Below, one piece after another: positions 13,661 to 28,104 of a stretch of 64,000 nt of DNA. The stretch is from Phoronis australis. Lineage: Eukaryota > Animalia > Phoronida. Below the pieces are notes generated by a model. It did no database searches, was not told the DNA's origin, and saw only the letters and a list, made by a program, of their open reading frames with translations. A program made the position numbers and the translations under genes. The stretch is from positions 490,434 through 554,433 of the forward strand of contig NMRA01000026.1 of the NCBI GenBank assembly GCA_002633005.1, given 5' to 3'. Numbering within the stretch: the stretch's first letter is position 1; each line of letters starts with the position of its first letter.

Positions 13661-16106
13661 AGCAGCAAGTCACAAATAATTTAGTGAATTTTCTGTTACA
13701 TGCTTGCAGACTTTTTAAAAATTGTATTGAAGGTCCATTCAGACCAACTTACTTACTTAGAGTGGAGAGGTATTGAAGGGGGCGTTATAAAAACTTGGTA
13801 GTTAGTTGGAAAATAGTCACTTTTACAAGGGTTCCAGATTTTGAGAACCTGAGTTCTTGCCACTGAAAAACGGTTCTCAGAATGCGGGACCCCTGCCAGT
13901 GGCTATTGCCTTTAATTGAACTTCAGTTAACTGCAGTGGTTCGAATCGCAAAAAATTTAGACTCGATTGGGCTGTTGGCTATGATAGGCAATGATACCAG
14001 ATGAAAACACAAATTCTGTTTCTCTAGATGACGCTGTTCTACGCTTTCAGACGGAGATTTGTAAGTGGTCGAGGTGACTGTTTATGTGATGTTTGAATTT
14101 TTTTGCAATACCTCGGACCATATTTGTGTGTGACTGACTTTCCCTCATTTACCTAAATTGGAATTTTTTAGCGAGTTCACAGAATCAATTTTGTTGCCAT
14201 GGAATCGGTTTTGTTTCGATGTATTTCTTAAGCTCCGTTGTTGGTGACAAGTGATGGAATTGTTGCAACACTAGTCAACAGATGCCAAAGTTATCCTATA
14301 CATTGTGGTATCAAAAGTTGCTGCATGTGGATGTATGGTTGACAGCTAGTAGAAACCATAGTAAACAAACAAAATGACCTGGCGTTCCCAGTCACGACAG
14401 TTTGGCGGAAGTCAGATTCATCAGAGCCAAGAAGCTTCAGTTTGCTATCTGTAACTAAGGACAATTTATTTTGTTAATTGTTAGTGCTGTCATTATAGGG
14501 GGCTCTGGTATGTTTGAGTGGTATGTAAAATCAGTATGTATAACCACCCTTTTCGAGAGAGTTCACTGAAAGATGTTTTCTACATAGTTCAGTAGAAAAA
14601 ATCCCTAGGTATACGTTGAGGCCATTACCATACTGTAAGATTTTTGTAGAGTTTATTTTCTTGAATAAAAGATTTTGTAAGACTGTCTACTGTCTGACCA
14701 TTGAGAAAAAAGCATGTAGGTACAGAAATAGGTACAGGAAGTTGATTATTTGCAGGACTGTATTTGTGCACCAGAAATAGAATCTTTATAGAACTTTTAT
14801 CTAAGTTAGTAAGGGGGTGTGGAGGGGAGACGTGGAACGCGAAAACTCGTAAAATACCATGGCGAATCTGATTCTTGGGGATGCTAACGAGAAGTTGGTC
14901 ACTGTGAATAGTGTAAGAATTTCTAGAAAAATTGGCCAGATTCACTATTTTTGAAACAGACAAAATAAAACTCTTTCATCCCAGTGCAGTTTTCAAGTTA
15001 TCTGCCCTTTATGTACGCAAGCGCCCAAAAAATTACCCAGTAGACATTTCTCAAGTGCATAATCACCATTGTTTTGTTTATTTCAAACGTCAGTGGTTAT
15101 ATTTTTCATATATGACGAGTCTATGTCTTGCCCTACCAAACTAGGAGGTGTACACTGACTTGTGGGAGAAAAGTCGAAGTTACGAGCAGTTGACAGGTCA
15201 AAATTTGAAACTATAGGAATTCAATAGAAATTCAAAATCTTGACAAACAAACCGTCAAAATACCTGATGAACAGTTTCACTAATCTGTTTTAGTGACAGC
15301 CGGAGAACCACGTTGAATAATGCAGTTCAGTATGTTTATCGCGTTCTTTGCCACTGTAATATATAAAATACAAATATACCATTTCTTTAGGATTCTGCCA
15401 TGAAGGCTACCCTTCTGAGCGGTGCTTACCCATGCATCTGTCCAATGTGTGTGTGTGGAGTAATATGGTATACCTGAGACATTCACAGTTATGGCTAATT
15501 AATACCTGCTGTTGTATCAATGCAGTGTTTATTGTGGCATTCTGCATGTGATTTGGGGTTGTATAACTGCACACTTCACTGTTTCCAGTTGAGCAAGGAA
15601 AGAAATGAAAGCTCATGAACATTTAAAACCTTTTAGTGCAGGGAGAGCACGAAATCATAGGGTTTCGGTTGGGTCTCTTCCTCATATCGTCCGTCTCCAC
15701 TGGTTCCCTCGCTCAGACATACTGAATGACAAAATCTGTGGAAAAGTATATCTTTTTCAAATAGAAATGCGGTTCTGGAAAACGCATAAAACTAATCATT
15801 TAACGTCATGTCATTCTTGAAATGCAGGAATGTGTTCATTTACATATCATTGGAATTTCATGAATCTCACATTAGATGGAATCGCTTCATCTGCATATCA
15901 CTGAAATCTATATTTTGAATATGAATGAACCATATCAGAACACCCATCCCGCCACTCATGCGTATGAATATTTGATTTTTTCCTTGAAACTGGAAAACGG
16001 TCTTTTTTATTTGAAAATTCTTGTTTTGGCAAAAAAGGTTCAAAAACTTTGTGGAGAGGTGATGAATCAGGCATCTTGTTGGTTTAAAAAACAGAAAAAC
16101 GTTCTG

Positions 16107-16348
16107 ACATTCTGATTGGTTGGAAGGTAACATTCGGACATTCTGATTGATTGGAAGGTAACATTCGGACATTCTGATTGGTTGGAAGATAACATTCTGA
16201 CATTCTGATTGGTTGGAAGGTTACACATTCGCGCGTTCTGATTGCTTGGAAGGTTACATTCGGTCATTCTGATTGGTTGGAAGGTAACAATCTGACGTTC
16301 TGATTGGTTGGAAGGTAACATTCGGACGTTCTGATTGGTTGGGAGGTA
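16107..16348. repeat. Minisatellite, 31 bp x 8, most units carrying a CCAAT box
   Basis: Unit acattctgattggttggaaggtaacattcgg; tctgattg starts at 16111, 16142, 16173, 16204, 16237, 16268, 16299 and 16330. Confidence 0.92.
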
Positions 16349-19080
16349 GTATTTGAACATTTCAGTTGGATGGAAGGTAGAAGACAGCCATGTGCGCTCT
16401 GGTTCTGATGTGGAGTTCTTTGTATCAAAGCATCATTCTTGCACAGTGCCACTGTTCCAGAAATAACAATGAAGAAAGAGTGTAGACAATACTGCTAAAC
16501 CAGCGCGGTACCCAAGAGGACAAGTGCCTTCTTGAGCTGACACCTGAGATGGAGAAATACGCACCCAATTTGGTGGCATGGACCCCTACCAAGTTCCCGT
16601 CTTCAGGGAGCGTACAGGAGAAAACGACTTACGCTTGATACTGTCTCAAATTTTGTTGGCAAGACGGGCTAAAGAGTATTAAGTTCTTTTAAAATTTGCC
16701 CACAGGTGTTTCGATATGTTAGCTTTTTTGGAAGTTACTCGAGCATCCTACCTCACAACAGTGGTAATTTGACGGAATGGTGACCGCGGAGATTTTAAAG
16801 CTGTAGTTCGTCCTGTTTAGATGTTCTTAACTGAATTGCCAAAATCAGTAGCTGATCTATGACATATTAATGGAAAGTGGTCCTTGTTATGTCATGTGAC
16901 TGAGCTATGTTTGAATGGAACTCGCTGTGCATCATTTTCAAATGTGAGGGTTGGCCAACCTCATTAAAATTGAAGATTTTTCAGGAATAACGAATTAATG
17001 TCCTTGTTGTATGTTCAGGCCATCAGCTGCGTCCACAACGGTTTGCCACTCATAAGTTAAATTGTGGAGTATTTTTGACAAATAAAATAGATTTCTACTT
17101 GTTTTGCTTTGGTAGCTATAAGTGACGGCGTAGGCGCATGCTCTTATATGCAAACGCTTGATTAAAAGATTTCTTGAAAAATACACGTGTTTCAGATATA
17201 TGGGCCCATGGGCCTGAGTGCTTACAAATATGGTATTACTGTTAAAGTCGTTTAAGTCCCATAAATTTAGGACACCATAAGACAGATTCAAGAATTTTAT
17301 TTTTTTTTCATTTATTGCACGAATGATATAAATAACGGTAAATGAATGCTTTATCACATTTAAGTTCTATACTTTAGCAACCACCATGCTATGCTTTGAG
17401 AATACGAGAGTATTCACCACAGTGTTACAGGCAGTTGAAGGACGATCAGTCCTAGGGATTAGATTTGCTGGAATACCATGCAGCGTTTCTGTATAGATGG
17501 GTCTGGTAAACAGACTTAGTGACTGTAGTGTTCTGTGGCACCACTGCCATACATTGCTAGTACATTCAGAAATAAACTCAGTCACTTGCCTTTTCCCATT
17601 GTTACTTAGTTTAAACTATGGCTGTTCTATGAGAGCATAGTAGTTCCTAAACGCACAAGTCACAATTTCACTGCTATTTTCAATGTCCCAAATACACTAC
17701 TATTTGAGGTCCATTAAAAGCGTGAGAAAAAGCAGTCGCGCAAAACCGTGCAAAATTATGCGAGTGTTTAACGGGAATGCTTACTAGCCTGTGCTAGCAA
17801 AATTGCAGCCACTGAGGTGATTGGTCGGTGAGGTTGGAATGTTGCGTTATGGGATAGTATTCGTTGTTTCCGTTCTATAAGCGAATGTTTCTCGCTGTAA
17901 GTAATTAGTGAGTGTCTTCGGTCGTGGAAAACATTCCAGATATTCCACAAAATTTGCTCATCCCTTTTTCCTTGCCAAGGGTTAAATGTGGTTTGTCGGC
18001 TGTGGAAAAAGTTTGACCAGGGTTTTCTGTTAGAACGGTAAAATTTCTTCAATTTGGGAGAAAGATAATTCCAGAAATGGCCATTTTTCTATTTTTGAGA
18101 GGCGTACACTTTCACTGCCAATGTTAGTAAAATTAATGTTTTTTTTCTGGTGAAAGCTATGCTGAAGGGAATTCTAAAACAGAAATAAAATTTCTTAAGA
18201 TGTTCTTGTTAACTAATTTGTCAAAAATAAAATTCCGCTTGTTAACCATACTGTGCTCCTAATTGGGTAAAACAAAATCTGTTTGTGACAAATTATTACA
18301 GACAGGTGAAATTTCATTTTGTCAAATTTCTCAACAAAAATGTCTCCAGGAAAATTTACTTGGCGTTTAGAATGGTAAAATTTTGGGCATTTGCAGCTAT
18401 GTGGTAAGCCACTGACAAATAGAAACGTGTCAATTTTAGCAAATAGGTTTGGCCCCTTTTGAAAAATTTTTTACTGTAACGTCAACAAGAGGTGCCGTAC
18501 ACTTACTGTTGGTAAAATATGCAAATTGCAATCGTCAACAAACGAAAGCTACTTTCATTATTTACACCATACAATTTAAATAATGACTGAAATTGTTTTC
18601 TACTGTATAACATTCATTTTTAACTAGAACACGAATACCTCAATGTAGCATATATTTGGCCGTAAAATGCACCGCAATTTCTGTTTCTTCCTTCACTACT
18701 TTAGTCGTGTCATGTCATGTCATGTTCATTAATGAACTAATTTTAAATTATACAAACTCAATTTTGATGTATGTTTTCTTGGGAACACAGCACATGTTAG
18801 TTACAATACTCACTTGTGCCATTACAAAGGCATATAAATTAATTAATTATTTTTTTATTATAGTGACACAGATGCATCCGCAGAATACAATACAATACAA
18901 TACAAAAATAAATAAACTTTATATGCAGCACATCCCCAGCCTCTTGGCTGGTCTCGTAATACCATTTAACACCCAAACCATTACACACAATATAGGCAAT
19001 TCCTGTGACAATCTAGTGCCATAGTTAAAAACCTCCCATGTTTGGTTCAGGTATAATAGGCAGGGGGACCGGTACTTAAA

Positions 19081-19559
19081 AGGCCCTTTCATACTGACTT
19101 AACTGAACTGTTCATACTGGCTTCGGCAGTTAACAGACATCGAAGTAAATGATAGGTGATGCTGTCGTCATCAAAGTAATCACAAGGTAGTACTGATGCA
19201 TCGCTTGCACGCTAAGAGTTTTTTAATGTGACAATTAGGGAACATTTGCAAGTGATAATTGGCATGAGTCTTATTTCTAATTCTATTGGTGATTATTCGA
19301 ACGAAATATATGCAAGTATATTAGCAATGACATTGCCCTTTAGTTGTTGAGGATAACAGTGGCCCATGGCGATAACTTCGATGGGACCAGAGTTGACCGT
19401 TCATACCGCACCGCAACGTTGACGTTCCGCTGCTAAGTCCACCAGTTTACTGCGGAGTTAACTGGAGCTGTTCATGTCGATCCAGGACCGAAGTTAACCG
19501 TTCATATTGGCCACAACTCCCCAAAACATTGACACGTCAACGTTAGTATGAAAGGGCCT
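19081..19559 (+). mobile_element. Harbinger/Tourist-like MITE, copy A
   Basis: TIRs AGGCCCTTTCATACT / AGTATGAAAGGGCCT; full-length homolog at 34445-34923. Confidence 0.8.
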
Positions 19560-20213
19560 ATACTGTTCGGTAAAGTCTCACCATTTTAGAACAGATGAAA
19601 TTTTATTTTCTCATTTTTCGTATGATATACAGTACCAGAATGAGGCTTTGCTCAGCTACCAGCGGAAAATATTTTGAAAAATTGTGGGCCTTCACCACAG
19701 TGTTAGAAAACGTTGAGAAATGAGAAAAGTGCAACTTTGGCAATTATTTTTGTTCAAAATTGTTGAGGTAGAGCAGGCAGGGGAGGACCGGTACTTGTAC
19801 TGAATAATGATTAAAAATGCTCTGTTGTCAATTTTGTACTTTTGTTCCTAATTCCGTGACAAAAAGTGTACTGCGCTATGTATACCGCGTGTCTAGCCTA
19901 ACCAGCCTATTACTAAGTTGTGAGTTGCCAGGTGAAAGGGGAAACGTCTACGTGGGACTATGGTCCTCCGCACTGTGGTTTTTAGCTCTTATTTGAGAAT
20001 TTTGCGGGCGATTCATTTGCATTTGTTCCCTTTATTTCCCCTTGTGTTAAGCTCTTCTTAGAGACAAAATTATGACATGGACACCCGCAAAAGAGAGATG
20101 GATTACCACAATTCTTTCCATATTATCCCCACAAATAATTGCCAAAATTGTCATGTTTATACTTTTTGAATGTTAGTTACGTTACTGCTGAGCTAATAAC
20201 AAATAAAAATTGC

Positions 20214-20400
20214 TTAAAGGGACACAGTCAGGTTTTACAGCTGTAAAACAACATATTTTGTAGGTTATTTATCAGTAGGATTGACTTCTTCGAGTTATTT
20301 GCTTTGACCAGAGCTATGATATCTGTTGTGTTTATGTGTTTTTATTACAAATTCCGTATTCCTAACAAAGACTGCCAGTCAAACCTAACTGAAATTGAGG
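20214..20400 (+). mobile_element. Left end of a TTAA-flanked (Kolobok-like) non-autonomous family; related pieces at about 22860-23133 and 62446-62630
   Basis: TTAAAGGGACA start here and at 62446; shared gctttgaccag...atctgttgtgttt.tgtg.ttttat block; the 22860 copy ends in CCCCTTTAA. Confidence 0.55.
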
Positions 20401-23399
20401 CAGCCAGGTCATGGACTGTTTTGTTGCTAGGCACTGTGAAAATAGACATGTGATGTGTATAGCGCTGGTCAAAGCTGGGGTGAAAAAGCCAAGAGCTAAC
20501 ACCCTAAGTGTATATGAGAAAAAAAGTCAAAAAGCCAAACCACATTGGAGGCATAGCCTCTTTAGAACAAGCATTTGGGATTGAAATCATGAGTGCTTGA
20601 CTTCCGGTGAGATGAGTTGAACATATCCAGAAATGCTGAGCTTTGGCAGACAGCCAAACTGGGTTTGCGTTCCTCTGCAGTCTTCCAAAAATAGCTTGAC
20701 ATTCATATTTTCATTTGATTGATTTCAAGCATAAAACCTAATACTGTTTTGATAAGCTTATAATCATTCCAGTCTTTGACTAATTAAGTAATTGAAATCC
20801 CTTGCTGAGTTTCAAAAAATTTCTGATGATCTCGGCCAGTCCTCGACATAATTATGCAGAACTCCCACGAATTTACTCTGTAGTAAAGAGGTGGATTTAA
20901 GATGCTATGTTTCATTAAACCCATGAATATTTAAATTTGTAGCAAGTGCTGCCTAGTGACATCCTGGAGAAATGTGTGTACAAGTTTAATCAAGAAAATA
21001 AACTATTTGTAAATAAATTGCAGTTTCAAAGAAAACACCACAAACGATCCAGTTAAAACAAGTGGTGACAACAGGCAATTTTGAAATTTTGGACAACCAA
21101 GAGGCGAAATGTTTGTCGACCTAGGGGTGACAGAGTTTGATGAAGTTGTGTCCTCCAAATATTTTTACCTTCCTAACGAACCCGTCGTGATGTAACTGGT
21201 TTGAACTCTTTGCAATGCAAAATTTTATTTCGCTCAAGACAGTGGTCTGAAACGATTCTCAAGTACCATGGTAAGTTGTATAACGGACTGTCCTTACAAG
21301 GTTAGGGACATCTCACAAGAATTGACGTTGGCTCTTGATTTTTTTATCCATTATTTGAATGTAGACATCTTATTTTGATGACATTAAAATATCTAGTCTT
21401 CCTGCCACTTCAAAGCCTTTTTCAAAGACAGATTCATGTCTAATGGAAACCAGTGTTTACTCGAACCTATTCTTGCTTGACAGCCATCTATTGATCTTTG
21501 CACTTCATTCCCATTTGTTATGATTCATGTAAGATAGCTTGTGATTAAACCAAATTGAAAGTTTCCTTCGGTCTCCATGGCATTTTGCTGGCCTCACTGC
21601 ATTTTGCATTGCCCTTGGTAATGCTCATTTCTATAGGAGATGGTGTTTACCATTGTATTCATAACTCCCACACTACCTTAGGTATACTTATTTCTAAGGT
21701 CTTTTCAGTATATTCTCTCAGTAGGCCATTGGGTTACAAGAGAGCTTAGACCACAGTATTCTTCAGCTGTTTAGCAAACATGGCTTAGTTTTAGGTTGTC
21801 AGATTTTAGAACAGAATAAATAATAAGGAAATTACAAGACTCCTTTGGGGTTTTGGCAAATATGAAGCCCTGAATGAATGTTTACAAAACTCGATGTTTT
21901 CGTCTCAAAAATTGCTCACCCTTTTCCCTTAGCAAACAAAAGAAGTCTAAATTGTTTACTGTAGTCCCCTGTTGTTCAGGTGTTTGTCTATTCTTGTCTG
22001 TTGACTTAAGTGGAAAATTATGTAACCCATTGTGGTAATAATCCCTATCCTAGTCAAATTAGTCAGTAATAACTGACTAGAATAGTAGTGATTGCTGTAC
22101 AATTAGTGCAATTTAGTTAATAATCACTAATTGTAGGAGAATGGTAGTGATAGTATAATAGCAAGTAATGATAGTACTGCGTAGTAACAGTAGAATAATT
22201 AGTATGGCAATTCTCCACTAATTTTTTTGCGCAAAAATAATTACCAAAATTAACATTTTCCCATTTTTTCGAAGTCTGACGGTTTTGCTTCAAGTAATAG
22301 GAATATTTCCAAATGACATCTACACAATGCAGTGTACTCTAATGATCAACCAAATTTTTTTGAACGTTATTTTCATGGTGAAATTTCATAATACGGTATA
22401 AAATTTCACTCATCAGTCATATTGTGGTCTAAACAGGTGGGGACTTATCATATTTAGCACCTCGCTCGCCTCTTATAGCACCTCGCTCGCCTTGACACCG
22501 AGGTTCAGTTAACTGCGCTGACTCAAATTTTTTAAGACTTTAACCTTTGCCCTTATCCTTGTCAGTCAATGCCCATCGGTGGAAAATTTCTGTGACCAAA
22601 ACCACTACAATTCACTGATGCCAGTGAAATAAACGACACGTTGCCTATATTCATGTGATGTGCTGTTCGTGCATGTGAAGTTTGTGAAGTCTTTACTATA
22701 TAGTATAGCCCTAATCTCAGATCAGTCGTTAGATTAACCTCCATATCTATTTAAAAAAATTTTCTAAGCCCATTAATCACCCACTCTTTGATTTTTGAAT
22801 ATCTCAATTCGAAGCTGAATTTCTCCCTGTTTCTGTTATTGTAGAATGCGATAGACTTCGTATTGTTATTAGCTTTGACCAGAACTACAACACGACAAAA
22901 TCCATTGTTATGTGATTTTATTACGAACTGTGGGTTCTCGCTGTTGTCTTTCAGACATTCGCTGAAGTCTAGGCCAGTATCTGTATCATTTGAATACGCT
23001 TAACATACCGTGCTAGTTAATATGTGGGAGGTGGCGGAGGGGTAGAGCGTTTGGCTGCTACTACGGAGATTTTGATTCAATGTATCTACTGCCGATTTCT
23101 GTAGTCATTTTTTTCACTGAGAATGCCCCTTTAAGGGAGTGTTGTGGAGACACGTACGTTAAAAATCCCCCCCGTCTTTTGTCTATTGCTAGACCATCTG
23201 GTTATCAGTTTTTATATGATAACGTATGTAGCTATATACTCTCTACATATTTTACACAAAAATAATTTCCACAATTGCTGTTTTTCAATTTTTCAAAGGC
23301 CGATAAGTTTTCTGTATATAATGGAAACTCTACCAAACGTTACTTTGTGACGTCGATACACTGTACAAACCAAGTTCGAAATTTCATGTCAGCCTTATC

Positions 23400-24516
23400 A
23401 TGTGGTAAATAAATACACAAAACGTACCAAGCGTGGCGTACATGAAATAATATCCATCGAGACATTATTCCAGGTACGCGGAATAATGTCTCGTGGGATA
23501 TTATTTCATGTACGCCACTGGAGATACATTTGTATTTATCCCATACGCATTGAATTCGTGAGTTTTTTTGTTTTCTTTCGCATTTTATAATTCCTTCACC
23601 TGACTGTTTACGTGGCTAATCACAACCTGTTGTGTATGTACGTGCGTGTTATGTTGCTAACTTACTATAGTAAAAGAAAACAGTTTTAAATGTAACGGCT
23701 TATTACTTGAAATTGATAAAAAGTGTGAAAATGACAGTTATCGTGCATTGAACTTGTATCATATTTCGAAAATAAATAAATAACAAGAATATTTATAACA
23801 TTGTAAAATCGTCATCTGGTAGCTGCACTCATTCATGAAACTAGGTCATTGACCGGAACTCATAGCCTACACGCCGTCTGCTTTCACGAAGATGTTAAAA
23901 ATGCCACCGTTGATGACAGCTCTGGCGAATATGCCTGTTGTAGCGTTGTTACAGGTACGTTGTCGCATTTCTACGGATTCTGTAGTTTTGGTATAAAACA
24001 ATAACCCAAAGCTGTATACTAAATATACGACAGTCTGTTCATACAGCTAGCCGGCTGGCTACGGATTCTGTAGCATGGATAGGTTCACGTTTTGCTGGGA
24101 CGGTCGTCGTTGCTGCTCGTGTAATACTGTCGCCGATACTATCGGGTGCTATCATGGCCAGTGACAACAATGTTTGATATTGGCGAGGAATCGGTACCTG
24201 AGCTGCAAACGATATAACATATATAGAAATTGAAAACTGAGACAGAACTGTCATATAATTAACAGTCCTGTTGCAGAAGTTAGGATTGAGACCTGGTTGC
24301 ATGTTGAGTGGTATTTACACTGCTACAATTGTATTACTTTAAGATATTTTCCGAAAGTTTGATGATCTAACCGGCTAATGACGTCAAGTCGACATTGACC
24401 TACCTTTTGAACCTTCAGTGTCAGAGGTCACTGTTCAAGTAGTGCGGAGGTGAATACGAAAAACATTATTACATGGACGTATTTCCTTCGACAGATTCAA
24501 CGCGTATGGGATAAAT
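23400..24516 (+). mobile_element. Hairpin-bearing interspersed repeat (Crypton-like architecture), copy 1
   Basis: 39-bp-arm hairpin at 23433-23518; inverted atttatcccatacgc (23534) / gcgtatgggataaat (ends 24516); homolog at 61600-62242. Confidence 0.65.
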
Positions 24517-25664
24517 GAACAGTTGCGCTAATACAGCTTGTGCATTTCAAGAAAGATTTTCTGAACATTTTTGTATGTTTTTGAGGAAACTGTGCCATTT
24601 AAAGTTGAATCATTCTGCAACAGGGTACAAATGGACAGGATTGGGATCCCATAATGTCAGTTTATGTTATATATTATTGAGCATTAATCAGCAATTCCTC
24701 GTAATGTGTTTCTATTTGCCTGATATATTACAGCTCATCAATTTGACATTAACATTTGAGTAGTTTTTTGTCACTGTTTCCTGGAAATGGTATTGGCTCT
24801 GGACAATTATCTGTTGACAGTTATGATTGAATAAACTGGTGGGATGTAAGTAAAAAAATCAATAAATTCATAGACTGTCAAACTGGCATGTTTTATGTTT
24901 TTTTAGAAGTAAAATACCACAGAATCTCAATGGGAACCAGTCGCTACTTGCTAATTGTATTGGAAGTATTTTGTTTTATAATCTCTGAACCAGGAAAAAT
25001 GCCAAGAGGGGGCTTAATTCGATAATGGTGAAATCTCCAATTAAAATCAACAAGAATACTTAAGATAATTGATTTTTTTTGTTTTTTCGCTCATCAGAAT
25101 TTACACTTGTCTGCCTTGTAATTTAATCAATAGCCACTTATACTGACAAATGTCGCTTTCCCAGTAGGAGAGCTCCAGTCTATTGAAACTTCATCGTAGC
25201 TTCCCTTACCTTTTCCATTGACAGTTCTCTGTTAGCAACATCTAGTTCTCTGAGTTAAACACCAGGTGGCATTGTCGAATCGTACTCTTGAATAAATACT
25301 GAGGAATGGATTTGAAATTACTGATACTAACCAAATCTCCCTCCATTTTCGATGACGAATGTCTCGTTGAGTCTTCGGGTGATTCTGTAACAGGTCTTGA
25401 CTCTAGCGTGGGGCGTGGTTTAACGTCTTCCTTTGCAAGGGAGTTTCTTGACCACACCATTTAGTTTACTAATTTTAATAGAAGTTGTGTGTGAACTCAA
25501 AAAATCGCACAATTCATGCCCAAGCTTCTGCAAAGAGTGGGCGTGAAATTGTGATTAGCAGACCTGCAGACCTAATATACTTCCCTTTACAGGTTGTCAG
25601 ACTCAATTAAAGACAGAATTGGATCCCCCTGGTGGTCACCACTAATTTGCCCACACGCAGGGAT

Positions 25665-25733
25665 ACACGCACGCACGTGCACACACACATGCGCACATAC
25701 AAACACACACACATACACACTTACTCACACACT
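25665..25733. repeat. (CA)n-type imperfect microsatellite
   Basis: acacgcacgcac...acacacacac run. Confidence 0.85.
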
Positions 25734-28104
25734 CAGCCTGGCCAACCCTTCATGTCACCAATTCTAAAGATTCAATTAAAATCAAAATTTTCAGACTGAG
25801 ACAAGCTTGAATGTTCTCAAATAATGTTGTCTAGTTTCAATTCTAATTAAACATTTTTAATACGGCTGATACATTCACAGTACATATCAGTATCTGCCTG
25901 TATCAGTTCAAATGCATTTTGTCAATGTGTTATTTTATGTTGACCTACAAGACTGGGTCTCATGCTAATTTGAAGGAAAAGTGTCATATAAAGGTCGCTA
26001 CCTATTAAAAACTGAACTTCTTTTGACAATTTTATGACTCGGCAACAAAGAATACACAATCCTATGGTGGGCAGTCCAGAGCTCTCAGTGTATCATATTT
26101 AAATGATTTATAGTGATGTTGATTGTGCTATGTGAGATCTTAATGATATCCTACAGCTTATGAAGTAATAGGTGTACTGAATATTTTTACTTTTTACATC
26201 TCGTACCTCTGTTTCTTTCTTCGCATGCTACAGGTCGGGTTTTTAATCTGGCGTACATAAAATCTAAACACAAAATGTGCCTACTCCGTGGCTTTGGGCT
26301 TATTGGATGCAAGATGGCGCTGTAGTGGCCATTTTGATATTTTTTGCTTTTGCGTTTTTTTATTTCTTGGGCTGTATCTAATACTTCCCTTAACAGGTCT
26401 GATTCTGAGGGCCCCCATGGAAAGCAGTGTGAACTGATGGGGCTATCCTCATTGTAAATATTATATTAATAAATAAATAATAAATAAGGTGTATAGATAT
26501 GGTTAAGCATTATCTGCCCTGTGCCATCTGTTTCACTCCCCAATTTACTGTTCTAGAGTTATTCCAGATTCACTAATCCGATGACACCTCGCTGCACTTA
26601 TGTTGGGTCTATCCTAAACTAGCTACAAGCCGCATTTCTCATCCAATTAATGCACAAAATGTTCAGTTTTCATTCCTTCTGATGTCCGTTACAAACAATG
26701 CAAGCATCAGGGAATATTTTTAGAATTAAAACGGAATTGTGTTACTTGCAGTTGTTTTCACAACAATGTTTTTTCTGAGTTAATAGGTTTGCATCAAACT
26801 TCCTGGTGTGCGTTACTGAGTGGACTTGGTATATGTATTGCACACTTTTTATTTTGCACACTTTTTATATTGCACAGACTTTTTTGCCATAGTAAAATGT
26901 ATACACAATGTTGTCGTTATCATCAATTGTATTTCACTCGTTCCACGCACATTTTTTACATGTTTCGTTTAGAGCACTTCCAGAAAGGTAGATTCAACGC
27001 TTTTTGAACATCCATGTTGACCTTTTCAGTGTTTTAAAGGTGGCGTGGATTTGTTTAAATGTTATTACAACAATTACTGGACAACCTCTGTAAAAACAGT
27101 GGCGACCTTCTCCGTCTTGTGTAGACTAGTCACCAATGGAGGCTTATCTAAAAGCCTGAATATGTCAAAGGGTCAAAGGCGAAACATGTTGGAATTGCAT
27201 GATTGATAATTATACTAGTGCAACCACTAGGGCACATAGTGACCATGCTCACCTGTTCATTGCTAAAAAGCTCTCACCTGGTCAAGATTTAATTCAAATT
27301 TGCGTTCCTCCATTTTCATTGAAAACTACACCCATGTTTCAACTCTTTTCAAATACACCCTCCCCCAAAAGAGTTGTTTTTGCAAATGGGCTCGTGCACC
27401 CATTGCACACCAGGACATCGTGCAGAAATTGAATTAATGGGTGAGGGGTTAACAGGTGTAGGAAACATCGTCTTTTTTACACCGATCCATGAGGACATGA
27501 CGGAGGAAGAACATTGAGAGAGGTGTCATCAGGTTGAGGAGCATCGCATGAGAAACTGTCGGATGGGAGACTGTAGCGGCTGGGGAATTTAGCTCCCAAA
27601 ATGTGTGCAGTTCGCTTATCTTTGAGCAAAGAACAGTTGTCCTCAGTGACAACTTGTCAATTTATAAACACTGCCAGGAAATACCCGCTCTTTACTGAAG
27701 GTTTCGTTGGATTTGAGCATTCTAATACAGTCGTACTCAGGTGCAAAAAGTGGCAACTGCATTTGCGTAATTAGCTAATCTGTCGTTGGCTAAATGTCTG
27801 CCCATAATCTCATTTCTAACAACCATGTGTGGCTTGATGCCTGCCCCCTGATTATTGAGTTTCTTATTATAAGTACTCTGGTCGCTAACCCATACAATTA
27901 CCGTAACCTTAAATGTTTGCAGTGTGACGCATTGTTTCGGGCAGTGATTACGCACTTCACAATCATTTGATCGTTCACCACGGTCGCTTTTGATCGAGAA
28001 ATAATGTTCACAATTGCATTAATCGTGGATGTCTGATTGTTTAGCACCATTAGGCAGATGCACCCACTTGCGTTAATCTAATTGATTACTCTTCTATTTT
28101 CCAG

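Noticed and set aside
15867-16452. Repetitive ORFs (NQNVRML, QSEC)
   Set aside because: They are translations of the 31-bp minisatellite.
22400-22417. CUGAUGA..GAAA hammerhead cores on the minus strand here and near 25085-25097
   Set aside because: Only 2 nt separate the boxes, so there is no stem II, and I see no supporting flanking stems.
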